Positions 55,834 to 64,000 of a stretch of DNA of 64,000 bases are shown here, piece after piece; position 1 is the stretch's first letter; every line of letters starts with the position of its first letter. The stretch is taken from positions 66,767 to 130,766 of the forward strand of contig CAYGDP010000001.1 in the NCBI GenBank assembly GCA_964348665.1. The letters run 5' to 3'. This DNA is from an uncultured Verrucomicrobiota bacterium (GTDB lineage Bacteria > Verrucomicrobiota > Verrucomicrobiia > Palsa-1439 > CAYGDP01). The notes under the pieces were generated by a model that saw only the letters and a list, made by a program, of their open reading frames with translations, was not told the origin of the DNA and did not search any database. Made by a program: the position numbers and the translations under genes.

Positions 55834-58449
55834 ATGAACCGTTTTACTTCATACATTCAAGGCCGACATGTAAGCGCGACGGCGCCGAAGGATGGGCACA
55901 GCTTTGTTTTCAACAAAGCAACGGGTGAGTACGATGTAAAATTCGATGGTCAACGCGTCTTGTTGCCGGTCAGGCTGGTCAGAGAATCGGCGCTGCCAGC
56001 GTTCACGCACTCAAACGGTGTGTTGACCGCATCGGCAAACGGGGCATTCCCGTCAACGGATAGCGTTACTCCAGCGCTCAACGACGAAATCGTGGTGGTG
56101 GGTGAGACTGGAGCCAACAAAAAATACAACGGCCCATATAAGTTGACCGACGCCGGAAGCGCGGGAACACCATGGGTGCTAACGCGGCGGTCGGACGCTA
56201 ACGAGAATCACGAGTTTCAGCCAGGCATGTTGATCGGCGTGATGGAGGGCACTCTAAACGCCGGAACGGTTTGGCAATTCTCGAATACGACCGAGCCTGT
56301 ATTGGGCACGACTGATCTTGGTTTCCGAAAGGCGAGCGGTTCCGGCGGCGTTCCTGGTGGAGCCAACCGAGAGATTCAGTATAACAATAATGGCGTCTTC
56401 GGCGGCAGTGCTCGCTACAAATTTCTCGACGACGGCGTTACGTTCGTATTATTTGATCACGCTGATCAAGTCACACTGGATCGGTGGACCGTGGATGGTT
56501 TGGCGCATGGTTTTACCGATCAAGCTCCCACCGACACATTCTTTTTGATCGGTGTCTACAACTTAGCTACTGCTGGCGGTGTCTGGCTGGCAGGCTTGGC
56601 AGCGGATACCAATCCCGCATGGGGTCAATATGGTGCAAACATCGGCGCGAGCGCTACGCTCCCTGTGCAGCGTTTTAGCGCGTCCAAAAAGAGTGGAGCG
56701 GATTTTGCCGCGTGCGCAGCCACAGACTTGATGTATGAGTTTGCAAATAACGAGAGCACGCCACGGCTACGGATCTTCGGCGATGGGATGGTTGATTTCA
56801 TAAAGCCTGATGCCAGCGCCGCGATGTTTCGATTTCGGATGACGGGGTTAGACCATGGGATTACGGGCATTGCCCCCACGGATGTTTGGGGTGTAATACA
56901 GCAATCAGCGGCCGCTGGCGGGGTTTATGTGCTTGGCTTGGGGTCTAATACCGGCCAGGTGCTATATTTCGATGCGATAAACACTGGCGCAAGCACAACT
57001 GTCGCTCCAGTTCATTTCAACATCGCGAAAAAATCCGGCACCGGATCAGCGGCATGTGCGGCAGGCGATCTCATTTTCAAGATACAAAACTACGCGACGA
57101 GCGCGCTTCAATTGTATGGCGATGGCAGCATGACGTTGGCGGGTGCATTGACCGTTCAGGGTAATCTGACGATCAATGGAACGACGACAACCATTGATTC
57201 GACGACCCTCGATGTCGAGGACCGGGTGATACACGTCAACCATACCACCGGGGCCGACACCCCCGTCCCTACCGCAATTTGCGGGGTGGGCGTCCACCGC
57301 GGTGCTTCCGCGGGAGTTGCTCGCGATCACGCTGCGTTTCTGTGGGACGAGGCAAACACCAGGTTTATCCTCGCATGGAATACTGGTGGTGATGATTCCA
57401 CGATCGGTGCGCAACTTGCGCTGCACGCACTTTCGTTCACAGGTTCCGGCGCTGGTCTTACATCACTCAACGCTGGTTCATTGTCGTCGGGCACGGTCCC
57501 AACCGCTCGTCTTGGAAGCGGCACGGCAGATAGCACTACAGTTTTGCGCGGCGACTCAACATGGGCAACTTTCACCAGTCCGCCGTTCTCGGATGGTTCA
57601 GCAATTCTGAAAGGCAGCGCCGATGCCACGAAGCTTTTGCGGTTCGAGATTGATGGATTTACGACGGGAACGACGCGAGAGATCATCGTGCCAAATGCGG
57701 ACGATACGATGGCGGTGTTGGCAGCCGCGCAGACATTCACCAATAAAACCCTCACAAGCCCAAAGATCGGCACGGGAATTTATGACACAAACGGAAATGA
57801 ATTGTTTTTGCTTACCGCTACGGCCAGCGCGGTGAATGAATTGACTTATAACAACGCTGCAACGGGCGCAAATCCTACGTGGGCGTCCACTGGTGGTGAT
57901 GCCAATATTGGCCAAGACTTCAAGATGAAGGGGACCGGAGCGGTCAGGATACTAAACGCTACCGGTGATGATGTGCTTCATTTTCAGGCGTCCAATGCTA
58001 CGTTGCGCGTTGGGAAATCAGGGGTAACGGGTGGAATCATCACAATTGATTCTGGCGGCTCAATGCGTAATTGGGCAGCGCAGGGTGGCATTGAGTTTAT
58101 CAACTCGGGCGCCGGGGCGTACAAGCCGATCGCGGCGGATTTCTTCGAGTCTGTAAGCGCAGGGACTTTGACGGCCCCAGCCTATCGCTTCAGGGATGAA
58201 ACGGCTTTAGGCTTCTATCGGGTTGGATCCAGCGAAATCGGGGCGACAGGGGAAATTTTCACTGTCGGGAAAACGAATGCGCTCGCTAGAATCCGCGGGC
58301 GGGGGTTTTACACGGCCAATCCATCTGATCCGCCAGATGATCAATGGGATTTGCAGGTTATTGACACTGGTGCAACGGTCGTTTTGCGTTGTCGTTACAG
58401 AGACGTCAGCGCAGCCTCAACAAAAACCGGAGATATTCCATTGGCGTAA
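55834..58449 (+). CDS. tail fibre/host-specificity protein
   Basis: 871 aa, Gly/Thr/Ala-rich with repetitive beta-helix-like segments. Last large structural gene. Confidence 0.5.
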   Translation: MNRFTSYIQGRHVSATAPKDGHSFVFNKATGEYDVKFDGQRVLLPVRLVRESALPAFTHSNGVLTASANGAFPSTDSVTPALNDEIVVVGETGANKKYNGPYKLTDAGSAGTPWVLTRRSDANENHEFQPGMLIGVMEGTLNAGTVWQFSNTTEPVLGTTDLGFRKASGSGGVPGGANREIQYNNNGVFGGSARYKFLDDGVTFVLFDHADQVTLDRWTVDGLAHGFTDQAPTDTFFLIGVYNLATAGGVWLAGLAADTNPAWGQYGANIGASATLPVQRFSASKKSGADFAACAATDLMYEFANNESTPRLRIFGDGMVDFIKPDASAAMFRFRMTGLDHGITGIAPTDVWGVIQQSAAAGGVYVLGLGSNTGQVLYFDAINTGASTTVAPVHFNIAKKSGTGSAACAAGDLIFKIQNYATSALQLYGDGSMTLAGALTVQGNLTINGTTTTIDSTTLDVEDRVIHVNHTTGADTPVPTAICGVGVHRGASAGVARDHAAFLWDEANTRFILAWNTGGDDSTIGAQLALHALSFTGSGAGLTSLNAGSLSSGTVPTARLGSGTADSTTVLRGDSTWATFTSPPFSDGSAILKGSADATKLLRFEIDGFTTGTTREIIVPNADDTMAVLAAAQTFTNKTLTSPKIGTGIYDTNGNELFLLTATASAVNELTYNNAATGANPTWASTGGDANIGQDFKMKGTGAVRILNATGDDVLHFQASNATLRVGKSGVTGGIITIDSGGSMRNWAAQGGIEFINSGAGAYKPIAADFFESVSAGTLTAPAYRFRDETALGFYRVGSSEIGATGEIFTVGKTNALARIRGRGFYTANPSDPPDDQWDLQVIDTGATVVLRCRYRDVSAASTKTGDIPLA

Positions 58450-58478
58450 TATGTCCACCCATTTCGAGAAAGGAAACC

Positions 58479-58673
58479 ATGAAGATTGAACTCCAGAAGA
58501 TTCCCAAAGACGACCCGGCAGCGATGCAGAATGAAAAACTGTCGGATTATCACGCGGACTTAAAGAAACGATTGGCCAAGGCTGTGGCCGACAATGACGC
58601 CACCTACGCCGTGGTAGTGGCGCTACAACAAAAGAAAAAGGACTGCGAGGCAGTGATGCTCGCCAGATTTTAA
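58479..58673 (+). CDS. small hypothetical protein
   Basis: Ribosome-binding site AAGGAAACC. 64 aa. Confidence 0.3.
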   Translation: MKIELQKIPKDDPAAMQNEKLSDYHADLKKRLAKAVADNDATYAVVVALQQKKKDCEAVMLARF

Positions 58674-58675
58674 CC

Positions 58676-59152
58676 ATGAAAAAATCAGACCTATTGCGAT
58701 TCCATGATGGCCTGGTGGATGTCATGCATCTCGGGGGTGTAGAGTTCAGTTACGCCGTCAACCTGAACTACTTTGCCATTCGTGACCAAGTGGCCGCGTT
58801 ACGCAAATCAATCGAGCCGGGTGAGGATTACGAGGCTTTCGAGAGAGAGAGGCTTGAGCTTTGCAAGAAGCACGCGAAAAAAGACGACAAGGGTAAGCCC
58901 ATGACAATCCCGATACCGGGTGGGATCCGGTACGTGTTTGGCGATTGCGTCGACCTCTTCGAGAAGCAACTTACCGTCCTCCGCAAGAAGCACAAATCCG
59001 CGATCGAGGCGCAAGAAAAGCGCGAGAAGGATTACGCGGAAATCCTGAAACAGGATTTCCAGTTTGCGGTCTCCATGGTCAAGCCGGAGAAATGCCCCAA
59101 GGAGATCACCGGGGCGAAAATGATGGCGATTTGGGAGATGGTTGAAAAGTAA
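58676..59152 (+). CDS. hypothetical protein (last prophage gene)
   Basis: 158 aa, Lys/Glu-rich. Confidence 0.35.
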   Translation: MKKSDLLRFHDGLVDVMHLGGVEFSYAVNLNYFAIRDQVAALRKSIEPGEDYEAFERERLELCKKHAKKDDKGKPMTIPIPGGIRYVFGDCVDLFEKQLTVLRKKHKSAIEAQEKREKDYAEILKQDFQFAVSMVKPEKCPKEITGAKMMAIWEMVEK

Positions 59153-59638
59153 TATGCGGAAGCTCCGCGCCAACCCCGCGACGATCCTGCGAACCTCCCG
59201 CCACCCTTCTCCAAGGCTAAATCCATCCAGCGTCCCGCACCCTTTTCGGGTCAAAAATTGACCCTTTTCAAACTTTTTGGCGGGTTACAGCGGGGAAGGT
59301 GGAATGGTAGCCGAGCTTGGATTCGAATTGTCGCCGCGCGCTCAAAACGCCAGCGTTGTTTCCGAGTTTCAGCGCGCTATTCTTGGCAGCCAGTTGAATG
59401 GCTTCTTTTTTTAAAGTGGCGCAGATCCAACGATTGCTGTACTGCCGCCAGCGTTAACGATAGACAAACTCGTTCCTATTTCATAGGACCCTTCCACGTT
59501 CATCCACTCTCATAGCGCCTGCGCCCAGACTATCATCCCAGCCCCTCACCTTTAACGTGCCGCTCGCTCGTCCGCAGCACGAAAAACGGGAATCGGACGA
59601 GTCGGGGGGCTCGTCTCTACCTCTTTTTAGAGGTTGCT

Positions 59639-61930
59639 TCACTTCATCGCAAGGGCGCGGGCGGGGCATTCGACTTTCACGCCGTCGCTGAAGGTGACCG
59701 TGCGCGGCTTGGCGCCGAGGTTCCACGCGACGTGAGTACGTTTGCCGTTTTTCGTGAAAACCGCGGCGAAGGGCGCGTCGGCTGTCACGGTGCGGTCCAC
59801 TTCGCCTAAGTCGTGCAGGGCGGTGATCCACGCGTACGTTTGCGCGAGCGAGTTGCCGGCTTCGGGTTTGAATGCGGCGGAGCGCGCGTCCCAAAACCGC
59901 TGGGCTTCGACAGGGTCGGTAAGGGCGCGATACATCCAGATGATATCCGCCCATTGGTCGAGCATGGTTCCGTCGTGGGTGGGCGGCGGTTGTTTCTTTT
60001 GTGTGGCTTCTTTAGTGTCGACCTCCAGATTTTCCTTCAAAAGCGCCGCGTAGTTTTTTCGCGCGTATTCTGGCCAGCGTCCGAGGTAGAGCGAGGCGCC
60101 GGTGATGGGCAGAAAATTGATGCCGTGGACGAGTTCGGGATTGCCGCTGAACCAGGTGCCGTTCGCGCCTTTGCCGCCCCAGATCATTGTGACGACCGAT
60201 ACGGGATAATTTTTGGGATGCAGTTCGTCCCGCACGTCGAACCAATAATCCTCGATGGCAGAAATTTCCGTGGCGAACAGCCACGCGCCGAGATCGCGCA
60301 GCGATTTGTCGCCGGTGGCCTCGCCGAGCAGCATCAGGCCGAACCATGCGTTCACGGCTTCGCTGGATGATTCGTTGTTGTTGCCATCGCCAAATTTCGC
60401 GTGACCGCTCGCCCACGAGTGACCCGCGTAGGGATCGAAGCAGCGCAGGAACGGAAACATCGCATCGTTGCGGTCGGTACTGGCAATATCACGCACAAGC
60501 AACCGCAGCATCTCGCCCCATTTCGTCGCCCATTCCGGATCGCGTCGCGCCAATTCGCCTGCCGCGCGAAGAAAATAGCCGTAGTGAAAGTGGTGATCGT
60601 TGAGTTGATCGTCGCTGCCGTAGCTCGGTGGATATCCGATGAGCGTGCCCCATTGGAGATCATAGGCAAAGACGCCAGCGCCTTTGCCTTTGGGCGCGCC
60701 CGAGGCGTTGGTGGCTGTCAAAAAATTCTCCAGCGCGGTTCGGATCCGTCTGTCGCACTCGGCGACCGCCTCGGCGTCACCGGCTTGCTCCGCCAGCGGA
60801 AGCATCGTCGCCCATTTGCCGAGCTGTTTGCCGAGCCAATAGGTATCACCATGAAGCTGTGGTTTAGCAGCAAGATCAGCGGCGAGCAATTCGCGCAGCT
60901 TCGCGCGGTCGGCGCTCGCCGTAAGGGGCAGGGAAGGCAATACCGACGGCAGGTTCGTAGTCGTGGTGAACTCGCGACCCCGCGCCAGTTTCATCGGCCC
61001 GCGCACGCTCCCATAAGCGTGTCCGGTCAAGTCCGTCGTCGTGGAGCGCCATTGATGCGGATACAGCGCGAACAGAGTTGCCGTTTCCGAACCCTCGTGG
61101 GCTTTGGCGCTGAACGTGAACGTCGTTTTTACCATCGCGGTTTTTTCGTCGTAACTCCACGCCACCCGCGAATCGGTGACATGCGTGTAGGCATGTTTGC
61201 GGAAAAGCGCGAGTGTCTCGGGTTTTTCATCCGGCAATAGTGCGATCGAGAAATAGGTCTTGCCGTTCGTCTTCGGCGTGAGCCGAGCGGTGCCCAGGCC
61301 GCTCCACGTCGAACCCGCCGGCGCAAAGAGCGCATAGCTGCATTTGCCGATGCGAACCCCTAGCACCGCGTCGGTCTCGCCACCGGCAAAAACTTCCGGC
61401 GCCCTCGTGAACGCTACCACCGGTTCACCGCCCGCGAACTGCGCAAACACAAACGGCGACCCGTGCCCGAACGTCAGCCGCATCCCACGCGCGGCATCGC
61501 CCATCTGCGCCGTCACAAACCAATCGCTCCAGCCCGCGACGCGCGCCTCGCTGAATTTTTCCACCGCGGAATGCCGGAGAAATAATTCGTCGCCGCCACT
61601 ACCCATGATCGCCGCCTGGTTCGCCGTGATGGTCGCGCCGGGATACGACACGCGCAGCCCGCCCTCGACGGCTCGGATGGCGAGCGGATGCGGATACATC
61701 ACGTCCGACAACGGCATCCAGGCGAGCGAACTCCACCAGTCATTCGTCGGCATCGCGCCGCGAACGTCCTCCGTCTTATAAATGGTTGCCGGCGGCCCGT
61801 TAGCGCCCTCCGGCAACCCGCGCAAATACGAACCCGCACCCGCTTTCACGATCTCGGCGGGATTCGCCGTATTCCAGGACCAAAGGCCAACGACGGCTGC
61901 AACTCCGAGAATAAGGCGGCGTGTCTTCAT
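59639..61930 (-). CDS. secreted glycoside hydrolase, GH81 (endo-1,3-beta-glucanase)-like
   Basis: Signal peptide MKTRRLILGVAAVVGLWSW. NDHHFHYGYFLRAAGE resembles the conserved GH81 DHHFH.GY motif. The track ORF extends upstream with an implausible Arg-rich N-terminus. Confidence 0.45.
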   Translation of the reverse strand: MKTRRLILGVAAVVGLWSWNTANPAEIVKAGAGSYLRGLPEGANGPPATIYKTEDVRGAMPTNDWWSSLAWMPLSDVMYPHPLAIRAVEGGLRVSYPGATITANQAAIMGSGGDELFLRHSAVEKFSEARVAGWSDWFVTAQMGDAARGMRLTFGHGSPFVFAQFAGGEPVVAFTRAPEVFAGGETDAVLGVRIGKCSYALFAPAGSTWSGLGTARLTPKTNGKTYFSIALLPDEKPETLALFRKHAYTHVTDSRVAWSYDEKTAMVKTTFTFSAKAHEGSETATLFALYPHQWRSTTTDLTGHAYGSVRGPMKLARGREFTTTTNLPSVLPSLPLTASADRAKLRELLAADLAAKPQLHGDTYWLGKQLGKWATMLPLAEQAGDAEAVAECDRRIRTALENFLTATNASGAPKGKGAGVFAYDLQWGTLIGYPPSYGSDDQLNDHHFHYGYFLRAAGELARRDPEWATKWGEMLRLLVRDIASTDRNDAMFPFLRCFDPYAGHSWASGHAKFGDGNNNESSSEAVNAWFGLMLLGEATGDKSLRDLGAWLFATEISAIEDYWFDVRDELHPKNYPVSVVTMIWGGKGANGTWFSGNPELVHGINFLPITGASLYLGRWPEYARKNYAALLKENLEVDTKEATQKKQPPPTHDGTMLDQWADIIWMYRALTDPVEAQRFWDARSAAFKPEAGNSLAQTYAWITALHDLGEVDRTVTADAPFAAVFTKNGKRTHVAWNLGAKPRTVTFSDGVKVECPARALAMK

Positions 61931-63306
61931 TTTTTCTTTTTTTGCTTCGCGGCGCCGCCTCGGCCCTGCCACATGGGTTTCGCCAGTTCGCCATTCCATT
62001 TTTCCCAAAGCGTCTGGAGAGACTTGGCGCGGTCCGATTCTTGCGCGACCAGATTGGTTTGTTCGCCGATGTCGCGGGCGAGATGGTAGAGTTGCCAGTC
62101 TTCGGTCGCACTCGGCTTGACCAGCTTCCAACCCCCCTGCCGAATCGCGCCCTGTGCGCCAAAACGCCAGTAGAGCGCCTCGTGCGGCGCGGCTTTGTTC
62201 CCGCCGGTGACGAACGGCAACAGGTTCACGCCGTCGAGTTTCCAATCCGGCTTGATCTCGCCACCTGCGGCGGCAACGGCGGTCGGATAAATGTCGAGCG
62301 CGATGACCGGGCGGTCGTCGGTGACGCCGGCGGGGACGTGGCCTTTCCATTGCATCATCCAAACGACGCGGACGCCGCCGTCATAGACGCTTCCTTTTTT
62401 GGCGCGAAGCGCGCCGTTGGTGCTGGTGTCGCGCGCGTTCGAGCCGCCGTTGTCGCTGATGAAGAAGACGAGCGTGTTTTCTTCCAACTTCGTTTCGCGC
62501 AATTTGCCGAGCACGGCGCCGACCCCGTCATCGAGCGCGGCGATCATGGCGCAATATGTTCGGCGGGAAGGCGCGAGACCCTCCCGGACGCGCCCATAAT
62601 ACTTTTCCGGCGCTTGCGCGGGCATATGAACGGCGTTGAACGGCAAATACAGCAGGAATGGTTTGGTCTTGTTCGATTCGATGAACGCGCATGCCTCACT
62701 CGCAAGGGTCTCGGTAAGATAGCCGTCGGATTTTTCGAGTGATTTGTCGCCGCGAACGAGCGCATTGTTGCCCGCGCCCACCGCGAAATAATCGTGCGCG
62801 CCGCCCAAAAAACCGAAGAATTGATCGAACCCGCGCTTCTGCGGTAGATAATCTTCCCGATTTCCCAGGTGCGATTTTCCGATCCAGCCGGTCGTGTAGC
62901 CGAGCGCTTTCATGCGGTCGCCAATGGTTTTCTCCGTCAACGGGAGGCCGAAGTTTTGCGGCGCGAGCGGGCCGGGATTGAACTCGTGGCCGAACCGCTG
63001 CTGATAACGTCCCGTCATCAACCCCGCCCGCGTCGGACTGCAAACGGGGCACGAGACGTAACCGCTGGTGAACCGCAAGCCGTTCCCGGCAATGGAATCG
63101 ATGTGCGGCGTCGGCACATCTTTATTGCCTTGCACACCGACATCGCTGTAGCCGAGGTCGTCGGCGACGATGACCACCACGTTAGGACGCTCCGCGCCGA
63201 ACACGGAAACTCCAAATCCCGAATTCCAAACTCCAAGGAAACCCCAGGCTCCAAATACGAAAGAGAAAAGGAAACGGAAGGAATGTTTTGACCGGCCATC
63301 CCTCAT
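61927..63306 (-). CDS. sulfatase (formylglycine-dependent arylsulfatase family)
   Basis: SCPVCSPTRAGLMTGRY (C-x-P-x-R sulfatase signature), VVIVADDLGYSD. Signal peptide. Start taken at MRDGRSKHSF. Confidence 0.75.
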   Translation of the reverse strand: MRDGRSKHSFRFLFSFVFGAWGFLGVWNSGFGVSVFGAERPNVVVIVADDLGYSDVGVQGNKDVPTPHIDSIAGNGLRFTSGYVSCPVCSPTRAGLMTGRYQQRFGHEFNPGPLAPQNFGLPLTEKTIGDRMKALGYTTGWIGKSHLGNREDYLPQKRGFDQFFGFLGGAHDYFAVGAGNNALVRGDKSLEKSDGYLTETLASEACAFIESNKTKPFLLYLPFNAVHMPAQAPEKYYGRVREGLAPSRRTYCAMIAALDDGVGAVLGKLRETKLEENTLVFFISDNGGSNARDTSTNGALRAKKGSVYDGGVRVVWMMQWKGHVPAGVTDDRPVIALDIYPTAVAAAGGEIKPDWKLDGVNLLPFVTGGNKAAPHEALYWRFGAQGAIRQGGWKLVKPSATEDWQLYHLARDIGEQTNLVAQESDRAKSLQTLWEKWNGELAKPMWQGRGGAAKQKKKK

Positions 63307-63350
63307 TCGAGTTTCCAATCTCCCGTCACCGCCATTTTTTGTTTTCATAA

Positions 63351-63425
63351 TGGATTGATTGTCACTTCCGACTGTGTCCTTCGTCGCGGAGTTGTTGGAG
63401 AAGGGTTTTCATTTCGGCGGCGAAT
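63351..63425. repeat. conserved roughly 70-bp repeat, copy 1, encoding the 16-aa ORF MKTLLQQLRDEGHSRK (minus strand)
   Basis: About 94% identical to 63925-64000. Contains the stop of the upstream gene, an ATGA-coupled 16-codon ORF and a spacer preceding the sulfatase gene. Confidence 0.6.
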
Positions 63426-63864
63426 TAAAATCGACCGGCGCTTTGCTTCGGGCGATGTCTCGAAGCATAAAATAGACGCATGCATGCAGAATCAGGATAA
63501 GAGGCAAAGTAATTGCCAAAAAAATTTCGACTGCATCGAAGCGCAGTTCGCGGTGGAAAACAAATCGTGAGAGCGCGTCCTGGATCATTCCTTGACCGTA
63601 AAGGGCCATGAGTGGGCCGCCGAGCAAACCGATGATCAATGCTGAGACTTTCGCGGGCTGCACGAGTGACATTTCGTTACGCAACAACGCTCGGGCGACG
63701 AAATAAAACCATACCGCTATCACCCATCCGCAGATCAGAAACGGTGGAAAAGGGAGTACGTATCCTCCCACAGCAAAATACATAGCTGCTAAAACACGCA
63801 AAAGATTAGCCGCGTGACGGCATTGCTTGGCTTGTTGGTCGCTTTTAGGTGCTGCATGACTCAT
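63409..63864 (-). CDS. polytopic membrane protein, hypothetical
   Basis: 151 aa, 4 TMs. Its stop overlaps the start of a conserved 16-codon ORF (ATGA). Confidence 0.4.
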   Translation of the reverse strand: MSHAAPKSDQQAKQCRHAANLLRVLAAMYFAVGGYVLPFPPFLICGWVIAVWFYFVARALLRNEMSLVQPAKVSALIIGLLGGPLMALYGQGMIQDALSRFVFHRELRFDAVEIFLAITLPLILILHACVYFMLRDIARSKAPVDFNSPPK

Positions 63865-63924
63865 CGCTGCGAGTTTACGCGAGAGTCAGCTCTCGTACAA
63901 GCATCGTAGTTACGAAAACTGAAC

Positions 63925-64000
63925 GGATTGGTTGTCACTTCCGACTGCGTCCTTCGTCGCGGAGTCGTTGGAGAATGGTTTTCATTTCGGCGACTTTGTC
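63925..64000. repeat. conserved roughly 70-bp repeat, copy 2, encoding MKTILQRLRDEGRSRK (minus strand)
   Basis: Same unit upstream of the 151-aa membrane protein gene. Runs to the window edge. Confidence 0.6.

Larger units (their letters stand above)
21622..59289. mobile_element. Mu-like transposable prophage (about 37.7 kb), candidate ends 5'-TG...CA-3'
   Basis: Single copies of the S24 repressor, Cro/Ner-like gene, MuA, MuB, Gam, lysis genes, gp27/gp28/gp29, F, G, protease-scaffold, T, gp36, tape measure and fibre. GTTTGAAA-containing repeats lie in inverted orientation 15-16 nt inside both candidate termini. Flanking pentamers GCGGC / GCGGG. Confidence 0.55.

Overview
High-GC bacterial chromosome segment, with a Planctomycetes/Verrucomicrobia-like gene repertoire (sulfatase, DCC-family proteins, secreted proteins). 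Everything below is read from the sequence and the ORF track; no database search was run.

Host region, 1-21.6 kb:
- An O-antigen-ligase-like/TPR membrane protein.
- A tightly coupled operon of four tandem paralogous membrane proteins followed by a LemA-family gene.
- A degraded PemK/MazF-type toxin-antitoxin pair next to a 62-bp nested palindrome.
- A TauD-family dioxygenase, an SRAP/YedK abasic-site peptidase, an Nramp transporter, a PfkB kinase, a zinc-ribbon rhomboid protease and an aldehyde dehydrogenase.
- Two tandem DUF2071-like paralogs.
- An operon of three tandem DCC-family (DUF393) thiol-disulfide oxidoreductase paralogs plus a membrane protein.
- A GbsR-type regulator.
- A secreted gene pair separated only by an in-frame TGA (candidate selenoprotein or pseudogene).

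Prophage, about 21.6-59.3 kb: a complete, roughly 37.7-kb Mu-like transposable prophage with atypical architecture.
- A leftward arm carries the S24 repressor, secreted cargo genes, a lysis cassette, the small terminase subunit, a tRNA(CAU), a large terminase subunit split into ATPase and nuclease ORFs by an inserted C5-cytosine methyltransferase cassette, and the portal.
- A rightward arm carries a Cro/Ner-like gene, a ParB-like nuclease, MuA and MuB, Gam, a GemA-like protein, a PolX-like nucleotidyltransferase and other early genes.
- The rightward arm continues with a Mu F protein fused to a PI3K-like kinase motif, Mu G, a retropepsin-like (DTG) protease-scaffold, the Mu T-like major capsid protein, gp36, a tape-measure protein and a tail fibre.

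Right flank: a GH81-like glycoside hydrolase, a sulfatase, and a membrane-protein gene flanked by a conserved roughly 70-bp repeat that encodes a coupled 16-codon ORF.
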